64,000 nt of DNA from Roseomonas sp. GTDB taxonomy: Bacteria > Pseudomonadota > Alphaproteobacteria > Acetobacterales > Acetobacteraceae. Location of the stretch: NCBI GenBank assembly GCA_051007055.1, contig JBPCSO010000080.1, positions 2,702-66,701 on the forward strand. The letters are read 5' to 3'. Below the pieces are notes generated by a model. That model searched no databases. It was not told the origin of the DNA and saw only the letters and a program-made list of their open reading frames with translations. Positions 27,706 through 37,813 of this stretch are shown in pieces; position 1 is the stretch's first letter; every line of letters begins with the position of its first letter. Position numbers and translations under genes: made by a program.

Positions 27706-28443
27706 TCAGGCCGCGCGCTCACAAGCCTCAGCCTCTTCCGACCAGCCTTCGGCCATTTGCCGCGCCTTGAGGCGATTGGCGGGCGACAGCGCCTGCGCCG
27801 TCGGCCCCCAGGCGATCAGATCGCGCGCGAGCAAAAGGGTTTCCGGAAACTCCCGCGCCACAAGATCAAGGTCATGCAATACCGCAATCACGGTGCGGCC
27901 TTCGCCATGCCATTGGCGGATCAGCCGCAGCAGATCGGCGGCGGTTTTCGCATCCACTGCATTGAAGGGCTCATCCAACAGCAGGATATCGGCATCCTGC
28001 ACCAGAAGCCGCGCGAAAAGCAGGCGCTGCAATTGCCCGGCTGAAAGGCTGCCCACCGGGCGCCGCGCCAGACCCGCCAGGCCAACGGCGGCGAGTGCCT
28101 GGTCAACGCGGGTATGCTCAGCGGTGGGTACGGCGCGGAAGGCACCGATGCGCGGCCAAAGCCCCTGCATCACCACATCGCGGCAGGCAATCGGGAAGGC
28201 ACGATCCAAAGCAGCCAATTGCGGCAGCAGGCCGATGCGTGCCTCACCTTCATGCGCGATGCGCCCGGATTCAGGCTTATGCAGCCCAGCAAGCGCGCGC
28301 AGCAGCGTGGTCTTGCCCGCACCATTCGGCCCGACAATCGCAGTCAGGCTGCCCGGCGCGAAGCGCCCCGAGAGATGATGCACCGCCGGGCGGCGGCCAT
28401 GGCAGATCGTAAGATCAGCCAATTCCAGCGCGGCGGGTGTCAT
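27706..28443 (-). CDS. znuC: Metal ABC transporter ATP-binding subunit (ZnuC/AztA-like)
   Basis: Walker A GPNGAGKT, signature LSAGQ, Walker B LLLDEP, H-loop VLHD. Start ATG 28443 (MTPAALEL) overlaps the upstream small ORF stop. Confidence 0.9.
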   Translation of the reverse strand: MTPAALELADLTICHGRRPAVHHLSGRFAPGSLTAIVGPNGAGKTTLLRALAGLHKPESGRIAHEGEARIGLLPQLAALDRAFPIACRDVVMQGLWPRIGAFRAVPTAEHTRVDQALAAVGLAGLARRPVGSLSAGQLQRLLFARLLVQDADILLLDEPFNAVDAKTAADLLRLIRQWHGEGRTVIAVLHDLDLVAREFPETLLLARDLIAWGPTAQALSPANRLKARQMAEGWSEEAEACERAA

Positions 28444-28553
28444 GCCGAAAGTGCCCAGGCAACCCCGGCCCACAGCAAGGCGGCGAGCATGGCGGAAAGG
28501 CCAAGCCGAGCGGCGATGCCGCCCGAAAGGGCAAGGGGGTTCGGGAAACTCAT
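28440..28553 (-). CDS. 37-aa hydrophobic small protein heading the metal ABC operon
   Basis: MSFPNPLALSGGIAARLGLSAMLAALLWAGVAWALSA; its TGA overlaps the znuC ATG (ATGA); one TM-like helix. Confidence 0.6.
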   Translation of the reverse strand: MSFPNPLALSGGIAARLGLSAMLAALLWAGVAWALSA

Positions 28554-28559
28554 ATGCTT

Positions 28560-28574
28560 TGATATAACATAACA
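28560..28574. promoter_or_regulatory. Zur-type operator
   Basis: TGATAT-AAC-ATAACA, one mismatch to the palindrome TGTTAT-N3-ATAACA, immediately upstream of the small ORF-znuC-znuB unit. Confidence 0.7.
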
Positions 28575-28728
28575 TCGGCCGCTGCCAAGCGCCGTCATCG
28601 GGTTGGCTGCCTGCTCCGGCACCCAAGGGGATCAATTTACAGGCATTTCGGGCGGAATGCCCCTGCTTTCACGCAATCGTCGCCAAAGCGTCATTGCGGC
28701 GCCATGGGCCTCGCGCTAACCCGCGCTT

Positions 28729-29652
28729 ATGGAAGCCATTGCGCGAAATCCGGAAGAAGCGCTGAAGCCGCGTCGCCAGATGCGGATCAAGCCGCTGAGT
28801 TTCAAACCCTTTCTGCCCGGCGATGCCTGGGGCGATATCATGGAACCGCGCCCCCTTGGCGGGCGTTTCCGCGCCATTCGCCGTATTATCAGCGCCCTGA
28901 TCTGGACACTGATCGCCATTCCGATCCAATCCGTGCTGATGCTGCTGCCAGGCCAGGCCAAGATCAGCTTTGGCTGCTTCTATCATCGGGTGCTCTGCTG
29001 GCTGATCGGGCTTAAGGTGCAGGTTGTAGGCAAGGTTTCTGACAAGCCGGCGACTCTGTTCCTGCCCAATCACTCATCATGGCTTGATATTCTGGTGTTG
29101 GGTTCGGTGCTGCGCGCCAGTTTCGTTTCCAAGTCGGAAGTGGGTGAATGGCCGGTGGTCGGCATCATCGCCAAATTCGGTCGCACGGTCTTTGTCAGCC
29201 GCAAGCGTAATTCCACCGTGCTGCGGGAAGCGGACACCATGCGCGAAAGGCTCCAGGCAGGTGATAGCCTGATCCTGTTTGCCGAGGGCACCAGCAATGA
29301 CGGCACACGGGTGCTGCCTTTCCGCTCAGCTTTCCTGGCGGCGGCGGCGGATGCCAAAGCGGTGCAGCCGGTGTCTTTAGTCTATGATCGCCTTGGCGGC
29401 TTGCCGGCCTGCCGGCGGGATAGGCCGCTTTTCGCCTGGTATGGCGATATGGATATCGCTTCCCATTTCTGGCGCATCGCGCGCCGGTCCGGGGCGCGGG
29501 CGACGGTACTGCTGCATGAACCCGCCGACCCGGCCACGCTGCCGGATCGTAAGGCCCTGACTGCGGCGGTCAGCGATGTGGTTGCCGCAGGTGCTGCCCA
29601 ATTGCGGCAAAATCGCCCCGCCACACCGCTTTTCCTGAATGCGTCGCACTAA
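28729..29652 (+). CDS. Lysophospholipid acyltransferase (PlsC/OlsA family)
   Basis: NHSSWLD (HX4D) and FAEGTS motifs. Confidence 0.9.
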   Translation: MEAIARNPEEALKPRRQMRIKPLSFKPFLPGDAWGDIMEPRPLGGRFRAIRRIISALIWTLIAIPIQSVLMLLPGQAKISFGCFYHRVLCWLIGLKVQVVGKVSDKPATLFLPNHSSWLDILVLGSVLRASFVSKSEVGEWPVVGIIAKFGRTVFVSRKRNSTVLREADTMRERLQAGDSLILFAEGTSNDGTRVLPFRSAFLAAAADAKAVQPVSLVYDRLGGLPACRRDRPLFAWYGDMDIASHFWRIARRSGARATVLLHEPADPATLPDRKALTAAVSDVVAAGAAQLRQNRPATPLFLNASH

Positions 29653-29807
29653 ATCCTTGACCCGACGCGGCGGGTGCCTCCAGGCTTCATTTATGATCCT
29701 TGGCTCTTTGATTCGCGCTTTCGGGTCTTGACGCGCTTGACCAGCGCAGCCGGCCTGCTCATTTCCCCCGTTCCGCCCCAGGCTGGGGCGACGGAGGCCT
29801 GGATTTC

Positions 29808-31193
29808 ATGACTGAACCCCAAGGCAGCCCAGCAAGGAAGCGGCTTTTGATCCGCACCTGGGGCTGCCAGATGAATGTCTATGACAGCGCGCGCATGGCG
29901 GATGTGCTTGCACCCCTTGGCTATGCACCAACGGAAGTGGCGGAGGAAGCCGATATGGTCATCCTCAATACCTGCCATATCCGCGAAAAGGCGACCGAGA
30001 AGGTATTTTCCGATCTAGGCCGCTTGCGCGAAACCAAGGTGGCGCGCGGTGGGCAGATGATTGTCGCCGTGGCGGGTTGTGTCGCGCAGGCAGAAGGCGC
30101 GGAAATCACCGCCCGCGCGCCCTGGGTGGATATTGTGCTGGGGCCGCAAAGCTATCATCGCCTGCCGGAGATGGTGGCACGCGCTTCCCGCGCCGCCGGT
30201 GCCGTGATCGAAACCGAATTCCCCGTGGATGGTAAATTCGATCATTTGCCGGAACAGGCCGCGCCGCAGGGTGTGACCGCTTTCCTGACCGTGCAGGAAG
30301 GCTGCGACAAATTCTGTTCCTTCTGCGTGGTGCCCTATACGCGTGGCGCGGAGTATTCGCGCCCTGCCGCAGCGGTGATTGCGGAAGCGAAGCGCCTGGT
30401 GGCGCTCGGCGCGCGGGAAATCACACTGCTCGGGCAGAATGTGAATGCCTATCACGGCGAAGGACCGGATGGCAGGGATTGGTCGCTCGCGCGGCTTTTG
30501 CTGGCCTTAGCGGAAATCCCAGGGCTTGATCGCTTGCGCTACACAACCTCCCACCCGCGCGACATGGGCGATGATCTGATCGCCGCGCATCGCGACATCC
30601 CCGCGCTGATGCCGTTTTTGCATCTGCCGGTACAATCCGGTTCAGATCGCATTTTGAAAATGATGAACCGAGGCCATACAGCGGCGGAATATCTGACCCT
30701 GATCGAAAAGCTGCGCGCCGGGCGGCCTGATCTGGCGCTGTCTTCCGATTTCATCGCGGGCCATCCTGGTGAAAGCGATGCGGATCATCGCGCTACCCTC
30801 AAACTGATTGAGGATATCGGCTTCGCTTCCGCCTTTTCCTTCCGCTATTCCGCGCGCCCCGGCACGCCGGCAGCCAGCATGGCTGGGATGGTGGATGAAG
30901 CCATGGCGGATGCGCGACTTCAGGAAATCCAGGCGCTACTGCGTGAGCAGCAACACTGTTTCAATCAAAGCCGCATGGGCATGGATATCCCCGTTCTGGT
31001 AACGGGGCCCGGGCGGCTTCCTGGGCAGATGGCCGGGCGTTCCCCCTGGTTGCAACCGGTGCATTTCCCAGCGCCTGACGACCTGACCGGCCAGACTGTG
31101 ACCGTCCGCGTCACCGCGACCAATCCCAATTCCCTCGGCGGTGAACTCATCGCCGGGTCCAAAACCCGAGCATCGGAGAGAGACGCCGCTTGA
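29808..31193 (+). CDS. miaB: tRNA-2-methylthio-N6-dimethylallyladenosine synthase
   Basis: [20 protein letters not shown], radical-SAM CDKFCSFC and a C-terminal TRAM domain. Confidence 0.97.
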   Translation: MTEPQGSPARKRLLIRTWGCQMNVYDSARMADVLAPLGYAPTEVAEEADMVILNTCHIREKATEKVFSDLGRLRETKVARGGQMIVAVAGCVAQAEGAEITARAPWVDIVLGPQSYHRLPEMVARASRAAGAVIETEFPVDGKFDHLPEQAAPQGVTAFLTVQEGCDKFCSFCVVPYTRGAEYSRPAAAVIAEAKRLVALGAREITLLGQNVNAYHGEGPDGRDWSLARLLLALAEIPGLDRLRYTTSHPRDMGDDLIAAHRDIPALMPFLHLPVQSGSDRILKMMNRGHTAAEYLTLIEKLRAGRPDLALSSDFIAGHPGESDADHRATLKLIEDIGFASAFSFRYSARPGTPAASMAGMVDEAMADARLQEIQALLREQQHCFNQSRMGMDIPVLVTGPGRLPGQMAGRSPWLQPVHFPAPDDLTGQTVTVRVTATNPNSLGGELIAGSKTRASERDAA

Positions 31194-32236
31194 ACATCCA
31201 AACCCCTGGCCTCCGCGCTGCGGAACCGCGCCAATCCAGTGACCAGCGTTCGATAACGCTGCAGTTCAACGACAATGCGCTGCTGCCCTTGCTGCATGGC
31301 GAACATGATCGTCATCTGGCGCGGGTGGAACAGGTGCTTGGCGTGCGCGTGGCTTCACGCGGCAATCGCATCGCCATCTCGGGCGGGGCGGCGCGGACGG
31401 AAATGGCGGAGGCGGCCTTGCTTGCGCTATGGAAAAGGCTGGAACGGGGTGAACATGTCGGCACGGCGGAAGTGGAAGCGGCTTTGAGGCTGGCTGAGGG
31501 CGGCGCGGCCCAGGGCGAACCGCGCCTGCCCTTGCAGGACCTGCCGGCGATTCGCACCCGCAAGGGCGCCATTGCGCCACGCAGCGCGGCCCAGGCGGCC
31601 TATATTGATATGCTCTCACGCCACGACATGGTGTTTGGCATCGGGCCCGCCGGCACGGGCAAGACCTATCTGGCCGTGGCGCAAGGGGTTGCCTTGATGC
31701 AATCGGGTCGGGTGGATCGGATTGTGCTGTCCCGGCCCGCGGTGGAGGCGGGCGAAAGGCTTGGCTTCCTGCCGGGAGACATGAAGGAAAAGGTGGACCC
31801 TTATCTCCGCCCGCTTTACGACGCTTTGCATGACATGCTGCCCGCCGATCAAGTGGCACGGCGGATCGCGGCGGGTGAGATTGAAATCGCCCCGCTCGCT
31901 TTCATGCGCGGTCGTACGCTCGCTCATTGCTACGCCATATTGGATGAGGCGCAGAACACCACACCCGCCCAGATGAAGATGTTCCTGACCCGCATGGGGG
32001 AAGGCAGCCGGATGGTAATCACCGGCGACCCCACCCAGATTGACCTGCCGCCCAACCAGCCCTCCGGCCTTGTCGAGGCGCTGGGGATTGTGGCGGGTGT
32101 GGAAGGGATTGGTGTGACGCGCTTTGCGGAACAGGATGTGGTAAGGCATCCTCTGGTTGCCCGGATCGTGGCCGCTTATGGGCGGGCCGATGACCAGAAC
32201 CGGGCGAAGAAGGAGAAGAATGGAACCGGGAAGTAG
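31190..32236 (+). CDS. phoH: PhoH-like ATPase (YbeZ)
   Basis: [32 protein letters not shown] and LDEAQN motifs. Confidence 0.95.
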   Translation: MNIQTPGLRAAEPRQSSDQRSITLQFNDNALLPLLHGEHDRHLARVEQVLGVRVASRGNRIAISGGAARTEMAEAALLALWKRLERGEHVGTAEVEAALRLAEGGAAQGEPRLPLQDLPAIRTRKGAIAPRSAAQAAYIDMLSRHDMVFGIGPAGTGKTYLAVAQGVALMQSGRVDRIVLSRPAVEAGERLGFLPGDMKEKVDPYLRPLYDALHDMLPADQVARRIAAGEIEIAPLAFMRGRTLAHCYAILDEAQNTTPAQMKMFLTRMGEGSRMVITGDPTQIDLPPNQPSGLVEALGIVAGVEGIGVTRFAEQDVVRHPLVARIVAAYGRADDQNRAKKEKNGTGK

Positions 32237-32747
32237 CCGTCCCGGCCAGGGGCGCCCCAAGGGTGCTTCGGCTGGGCTTCGGAGCGGATCGGCGGAGAGG
32301 TTCGATATCTCCGTGATCCTTGCGGCACCAGGCTGGCGCGCGGCCATCAAGCAGCCAGAGGCGCTGGCGCGCCGCGCGGCGGGTGCTGCCCTGCGTGAAG
32401 CAGGCGCGGCGGGGGCGGTGACAGTACTGCTTGCCAGCGATACGGCGGTGAAGCGGCTGAATGGCACGCATCGCGCCAAGGCCAAGCCGACCAATGTGCT
32501 TTCTTTCCCGGGTGGCGTGCCGGGCTATTTGGGCGATGTGGCGCTAGCTCTTGGCGTGGTGCGGCGGGAAGCGCGCGGCGCCGGGCGGCGCGTGGCGGCG
32601 CATTTCGCGCATCTTGTCGCGCATGGCGCACTGCATCTGGCCGGCCATGATCATTTGCAAGCGGGTGAAGCGCGGCGGATGGAACGTGCCGAAGCGCGCG
32701 TCATGCGCCGGCTTGGCCTGCCCAACCCCTGGCGGGGCGCGACATGA
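32220..32747 (+). CDS. ybeY: rRNA maturation endoribonuclease YbeY
   Basis: KPTNVLSF and HGALHLAGHDH metal motif; ATG at 32220 after AGGAG. Confidence 0.9.
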   Translation: MEPGSSRPGQGRPKGASAGLRSGSAERFDISVILAAPGWRAAIKQPEALARRAAGAALREAGAAGAVTVLLASDTAVKRLNGTHRAKAKPTNVLSFPGGVPGYLGDVALALGVVRREARGAGRRVAAHFAHLVAHGALHLAGHDHLQAGEARRMERAEARVMRRLGLPNPWRGAT

Positions 32748-33643
32748 GCGATGCCGGCCAAAGACCCGGCCTGTTCTGGAAAATCCAGGGCATGCTGCGG
32801 CGCAAGGAAGCGGAATCCATTCGCGATCAGGTGGAAGAACTGATCGAACGCCAGGAAGCACCAAATGAGGCCAGCAAGGGTGATGGCCCGGCCTCAGGGC
32901 TTGATGCCGAAGAACGCGCGCTGCTTGGCAATGTGCTCAGGCTGCGTGGCATCACCGCTTATGATGTCATGGTGCCGCGCGCCGATATCATGGCAATCCC
33001 GGAAAGCCATTCGCTGACGGAAGCCATCGCGCTGATCCAGACCGAAGGCCATAGCCGCTACCCGGTTTATCGCGATGGGCTGGATGATATTGTTGGCATG
33101 GTTCATATCAAGGATGTCTTTGCGGCCATCGGCAAGGATGAGAAAGCCTTCGCGCTGGCCGATATTCTGCGCCGGCCACTTTTTGTGGTTCCTTCCATCC
33201 CCGTGCTGGATCTGCTGCTGCAAATGCGTCAGGCACGGGTGCATATGGCGCTGGTGGTGGATGAATATGGCGGCATAGATGGCCTGATCACCATTGAAGA
33301 TCTGGTGGAAACTATTGTCGGTGACATCAGCGACGAACATGATGAGGTTCAGGCGCAACAGATCACCGAACGCCCCGATGGCGCCCTTGATCTTGATGCG
33401 CGCACGCCGATCGCCGCCTTTGAGGATAAGCTTGGCACCGTACTGACCGATGAGGAACGCGCCGCTGATATTGATACGGTGGGCGGGCTGGTCTTCACGC
33501 TAGCGGGGCGCGTGCCGGCAAAGGGGGAATTGGTATCCCATCCCTCGGGGCTTGAATTTCGTATCCTGGAAGCTGATCCGCGCCGAATTCGGCGCTTGCG
33601 TGTGCGCCGCCCAGGTGCCAATCCGCGTGTGGCAGCTGAATAG
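32744..33643 (+). CDS. corC: CBS/CorC-HlyC domain protein
   Basis: DVMVPRADI, HSRYPVY, VVDEYGG.DGL.TIEDL.E.IVG.I.DEHD motifs. Confidence 0.88.
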   Translation: MSDAGQRPGLFWKIQGMLRRKEAESIRDQVEELIERQEAPNEASKGDGPASGLDAEERALLGNVLRLRGITAYDVMVPRADIMAIPESHSLTEAIALIQTEGHSRYPVYRDGLDDIVGMVHIKDVFAAIGKDEKAFALADILRRPLFVVPSIPVLDLLLQMRQARVHMALVVDEYGGIDGLITIEDLVETIVGDISDEHDEVQAQQITERPDGALDLDARTPIAAFEDKLGTVLTDEERAADIDTVGGLVFTLAGRVPAKGELVSHPSGLEFRILEADPRRIRRLRVRRPGANPRVAAE

Positions 33644-33658
33644 GAAAGCGGGGCGTTA

Positions 33659-35188
33659 ATGGGGCGGATGTGGCAAGCGCTGGCGTCGCGACAAGGCTGG
33701 CGCGCCCTGGTGACTGCCTTCGGGCTTGGCGTGCTGGCAGTATTGGCCCTGCCGCCCTTGCATGTTGTGCCCGTGCTGTTCCTGGCCATTCCAGGGCTGA
33801 TTGCGATGATTGGCGGGGCGGCCAGCTGGACCGGCGCCTTTGCGCTGGGGCTTGCCTGGGGCTTCGGTTTCTTTGCCGGTGGGCTTTACTGGATTACCTC
33901 CGCCATTCTGACGGATGTGGCGCGCTATTGGTGGCTGGTGCCGATCGCGGTGCCGGCGCTTGCGCTGCCGCTTGGGATTTTCGTAGCGGTGCCCGCGGCC
34001 ATTGCCTGGGGGGCACAGCCCGGCTTGCCGCGCGTGCTGGTTTTCGCCGGCGGCTTTGTTGGCTTTGAATTGCTGCGCGGCGAAATCCTGACCGGCTTTC
34101 CATGGAATTTGATAGGCACGGTTTGGGCCTTTGATGCGCTACCCATCCAGATGGCGGCGCTGATTGGCGTGCACGGGCTTTCGCTGATTACCCTGTTGGT
34201 GGCGGCAACGCCGCTGTTGAGCTGGCGTGGCTTTCTGGCGGGGGTGGCGACGCTGGCCTTTTGCGGCGTCTTCGGTTTTGTCCGGCTTTTGCCCGCCGAA
34301 CCCAAGCCCCAACCTGTCGGCCTTTTGATTGTGCAGGGCAATATCGCGCAGGAAGTGAAATGGCGCGAACAGGCGCGTGTGCCAATCCTGCGCCGTTATG
34401 TGGAAGCCACACGGGAAGCGGCGCTGGCCGCGCTGCGTGACCTGCCGCCTGGGCATCGGCTGGCAGTGATCTGGCCTGAAACCGCCGTGCCCTTCCTGCT
34501 GCCCAATGATCGGGATGCGCGGCAATTGGTGGCGGGCGCGCTGCCGCAGAACGCCCTGTTGCTAACGGGCACGGTACGCGGCGATTTCACGGCGGAAGGC
34601 TATGCACGCGACCTATTCAATAGCCTGGCGGTCATTGCCCCGGACACCCAAGTGGTCGCGATGGCCGATAAGGTGAATCTGGTTCCCTTTGGCGAATTCA
34701 TGCCCTTTCGGGGCTTATTGCCGATCCGGCTGGTGCAAACCACGCGCGATTTCACCGCGGCTGAAGAAAGGCGTCGGCTGGTGGCGGGCTGGCTGCCGCC
34801 CTTTGTCGCCCTGATTTGTTATGAGGTGATCTTCACCGGGCGGATTACCCCTGCCCGACGGCCCGATTGGATTGTGAATGTAACCAATGACGCCTGGTTT
34901 GGTGCAACAGCTGGCCCGTGGCAGCATCTGGCTGCCGCCCGATTGCGCGCGGTAGAAGAAGGCCTGCCGCTGGCACGTGCAGCGCAGACAGGTGTTTCGG
35001 CTGTGTTTGATTCGCGCGGGCGCTTGGTGGCGCGAAGCCCCTTGGGCGAATCTGCCATTGTCCGGGCACCTTTACCCGCGCCGCGCGCACCGACCTTCTT
35101 CGCAGATCTTGGTTTGATGATCCCCTTTGCGCTGACCATGGTTGTTTTCGCCCTAGGGTGGATTATCCCAGGTCGAAATCGCCAATAA
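33659..35188 (+). CDS. lnt: Apolipoprotein N-acyltransferase
   Basis: GFPWNL, VIWPETA, K..LVPFGE, LICYE and TNDAWFG (E-K-C triad). Confidence 0.95.
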   Translation: MGRMWQALASRQGWRALVTAFGLGVLAVLALPPLHVVPVLFLAIPGLIAMIGGAASWTGAFALGLAWGFGFFAGGLYWITSAILTDVARYWWLVPIAVPALALPLGIFVAVPAAIAWGAQPGLPRVLVFAGGFVGFELLRGEILTGFPWNLIGTVWAFDALPIQMAALIGVHGLSLITLLVAATPLLSWRGFLAGVATLAFCGVFGFVRLLPAEPKPQPVGLLIVQGNIAQEVKWREQARVPILRRYVEATREAALAALRDLPPGHRLAVIWPETAVPFLLPNDRDARQLVAGALPQNALLLTGTVRGDFTAEGYARDLFNSLAVIAPDTQVVAMADKVNLVPFGEFMPFRGLLPIRLVQTTRDFTAAEERRRLVAGWLPPFVALICYEVIFTGRITPARRPDWIVNVTNDAWFGATAGPWQHLAAARLRAVEEGLPLARAAQTGVSAVFDSRGRLVARSPLGESAIVRAPLPAPRAPTFFADLGLMIPFALTMVVFALGWIIPGRNRQ

Positions 35189-35399
35189 AATGCTGAATTT
35201 TGAGAAAAGTGAGGATAATGTTGTTTCTTTTTTGAGAATATGGAAAAACCTATAGACCTTAGCGAGCCAATTAAGGTATTCTCAACTTGTATCAATCGTT
35301 AGTGAAATCCGTGCGGTTTTGATTAATCGCAACCAATATATTCAAATGCGCCCCTGGTTACGCGTTTGAGTTGTTTTGGCGGCAAGGAAAGGGCAGGGC

Positions 35400-35876
35400 A
35401 TGAAATCGGTAGTTGCCATGAATGAGCTGGATGATATCACCCCCAAAGGTGAACGTGAACATCGGGCCAGCCCGATTGACGCCCATGTTGGGGCACGAGT
35501 TCGCCTGCGGCGCACCTTGCTCGGCATGAGCCAGGAAAAGCTCGGCGACGCCCTTGGGCTCACCTTCCAGCAAGTTCAGAAGTATGAGCGCGGGGTTAAC
35601 CGCATCGGCGCCAGCCGGCTTTTTGATCTGGCTCGGGTGCTGGATGTGCCGATTGGCTTCTTTTTCGACGATCTGCCGCCAGAGATGGGCGGCAATGCCG
35701 CAGTCCGCAGCCGCCCGGCGTTGTTCGGCTTCGCCGAAACGTCAGACGGGCTTGAGGATGAGAATATGAACAAGCGTGAGACGCTTGAATTGGTGCGCGC
35801 CTATTACCGCATCAATGAAGCTGGTGTGCGCAAGCGCGTGTTTGACCTGATCAAGAGCCTGGCGCCGACCGAATAG
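35400..35876 (+). CDS. XRE-family helix-turn-helix transcriptional regulator
   Basis: HVGARVRLRR..LGMSQEKLG..LGLTFQQVQKYERGVNRIGASRL; start is 35400 or 35418. Confidence 0.92.
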   Translation: MKSVVAMNELDDITPKGEREHRASPIDAHVGARVRLRRTLLGMSQEKLGDALGLTFQQVQKYERGVNRIGASRLFDLARVLDVPIGFFFDDLPPEMGGNAAVRSRPALFGFAETSDGLEDENMNKRETLELVRAYYRINEAGVRKRVFDLIKSLAPTE

Positions 35877-35894
35877 GCTTTGCCCCGGGCGGGA

Positions 35895-36542
35895 TTACCC
35901 GCCCGGGGCCGCACGGCGCAGCATGAATAGCGCCTGTTCGCCAAACATATTGGCGAGCCTGAGTGAGCGCCGCCACGGCGCCTTCAGCCCCTGTTCATCC
36001 ACCGCGAGCCAGCGTTCCACCTCATACCCATCAAGGGCGCAGAGCTCGGTGAAATCTGTGATGGTGCAGGGGTGGATATTGGGCGTTTCGTACCAGGGCC
36101 GGTTCCAGGTTTCCGTATCTGGCATGCGCCCGCCCCACAGCAGCCGCCAGCGCATCTGCCAATGGCCAAAATTGGGGAAGGACACAATCGCGTGCCGCCC
36201 AATGCGCAGCAATTGCCTCAGCACTTCGCGCGGCTTTTCCACCGCCTGCAATGTGCGTGACAGCACCACGTAATCAAAGGCGCCATCCGGGTAGAAGGCC
36301 AGATCATTATCCGCATCGCCATGGATCACGGCGAGCCCGGCAGAGACCGCCTTGGTCACCTGCGCCATGTCAATTTCAATGCCGCGCGCATCGGCGCGTT
36401 TTTCGCGGGCCAGATATTCAATCAGCGCGCCATCGCCACAACCAATATCAAGCACGCGCGCATCATGGGGAATCATCTCCGCAATCAGGCGGAGATCAAG
36501 CCGCATATTCTTAGCGACATATTGCACGCCATCCATGGTCAC
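35895..36542 (-). CDS. metW: Methionine biosynthesis protein MetW
   Basis: RVLDIGCGDG, DYVVLS.TLQ, IVSFPNFGHW and WYETPNIH motifs; downstream of metX. Confidence 0.93.
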   Translation of the reverse strand: MTMDGVQYVAKNMRLDLRLIAEMIPHDARVLDIGCGDGALIEYLAREKRADARGIEIDMAQVTKAVSAGLAVIHGDADNDLAFYPDGAFDYVVLSRTLQAVEKPREVLRQLLRIGRHAIVSFPNFGHWQMRWRLLWGGRMPDTETWNRPWYETPNIHPCTITDFTELCALDGYEVERWLAVDEQGLKAPWRRSLRLANMFGEQALFMLRRAAPGG

Positions 36543-36545
36543 ACC

Positions 36546-37700
36546 CTAAACCCCAAGGCGTTCAGCGCAACCGGCGAGGAACCCGCCAAGCGCGCGATGG
36601 AAATCGGGTTCTTCCAACAGGAAGGCGTCATGGCCTTTGTCGCTGTCGATCTCGACAAAACTCACATTGGCTGCAGCCATGTTCAGCGCGCGCACCAGGG
36701 TCCGGCTTTCGCTGGTCGGGAATAGCCAATCGCTGTTGAAGGACGCGACGAAAAAGCGCGTGCCGGTACCGCGAAAGGCCTTTGCCAAATCACCTTCATG
36801 ATCGGCGGCAAGGTCAAAAAAATCCATCGCGCGCGTGATGGTCAAATAAGAATTGGCATCAAAGCGGCGCACAAAGGTGGAACCCTGGTGGCGGAGATAA
36901 CTTTCCACCTCAAACACATCTTCCAGGAAAGTCAGCGCGGCGGCACCGCGCAGCCGCCTGCCGAATTTCCGCGTGAGCGCCTTTTCGGACAAGTAAGTGA
37001 TATGCGCCACCATGCGCGCGACAGAAAGGCCCTTGGCCGGGATGATGCCCGCTTCCCAATAGCGCCCGCCCTGCCAATCCGGGTCGGAATGAATCGCGGC
37101 ACGCCCCACTTCGTGAAAGGCGATATTCTGCGCCGAATGATGCGCGGCGGTGGCAATGGGGGCGGCGGCATAAACCGCTTCCGGATAAGTCGCAGCCCAT
37201 TCCAGCACCTGCATGCCGCCCATGGAACCGCCAATCACGGCCAGCCACCGGCTGATCCCAAGCTGTTCCATGAGGCGCTTTTGTGCGCGCACCATGTCGC
37301 GGATCGTCACCGAAGGAAAATCCGTGCCCCAAGGCCGGCCAAGCCCGCGCCCCGACGCATCGGTCATTTCACTGCGCGGCCCGGTGGAGCCCATGCAGCC
37401 GCCAAGCACATTGGCGCAGACCAGGAAGTAACGATCCGTATCGAGCGGCTTGCCCGGACCAATGATGTTTTCCCACCAGCCAGGCTTGCCGGTGATGGGA
37501 TGGTTTTCGGCAACATACTGGTCGCCCGTGAGCGCATGACAGATCAACACTGCATTGCTGGCCGCCGCATTCAGCCGCCCATAGGTGCGGTAGGCGACCG
37601 TGAGCGGTGCGATGACTGCGCCACATTCCAACGCAAGCCCGTCCGGGAATAGGGCAGCCTGATGGTCCACATCGGGCAGCGGGGCGATGGCTTGGCTCAT
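36546..37700 (-). CDS. metX: Homoserine O-acetyltransferase
   Basis: CHALTGD, GGSMGG nucleophile, RRFDANSY and KGHDAFL motifs. Confidence 0.95.
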   Translation of the reverse strand: MSQAIAPLPDVDHQAALFPDGLALECGAVIAPLTVAYRTYGRLNAAASNAVLICHALTGDQYVAENHPITGKPGWWENIIGPGKPLDTDRYFLVCANVLGGCMGSTGPRSEMTDASGRGLGRPWGTDFPSVTIRDMVRAQKRLMEQLGISRWLAVIGGSMGGMQVLEWAATYPEAVYAAAPIATAAHHSAQNIAFHEVGRAAIHSDPDWQGGRYWEAGIIPAKGLSVARMVAHITYLSEKALTRKFGRRLRGAAALTFLEDVFEVESYLRHQGSTFVRRFDANSYLTITRAMDFFDLAADHEGDLAKAFRGTGTRFFVASFNSDWLFPTSESRTLVRALNMAAANVSFVEIDSDKGHDAFLLEEPDFHRALGGFLAGCAERLGV

Positions 37701-37813
37701 TTAGGGGCTTTTACGCTGGCCCATCCCCCAGGCGCAACCTTGGGGTGTAACTTAAGGGGTGCTTGGCGCGCGGTCATGTGGGGGTTATTGCTGCCGGGAA
37801 GATTTGGTCCCGC

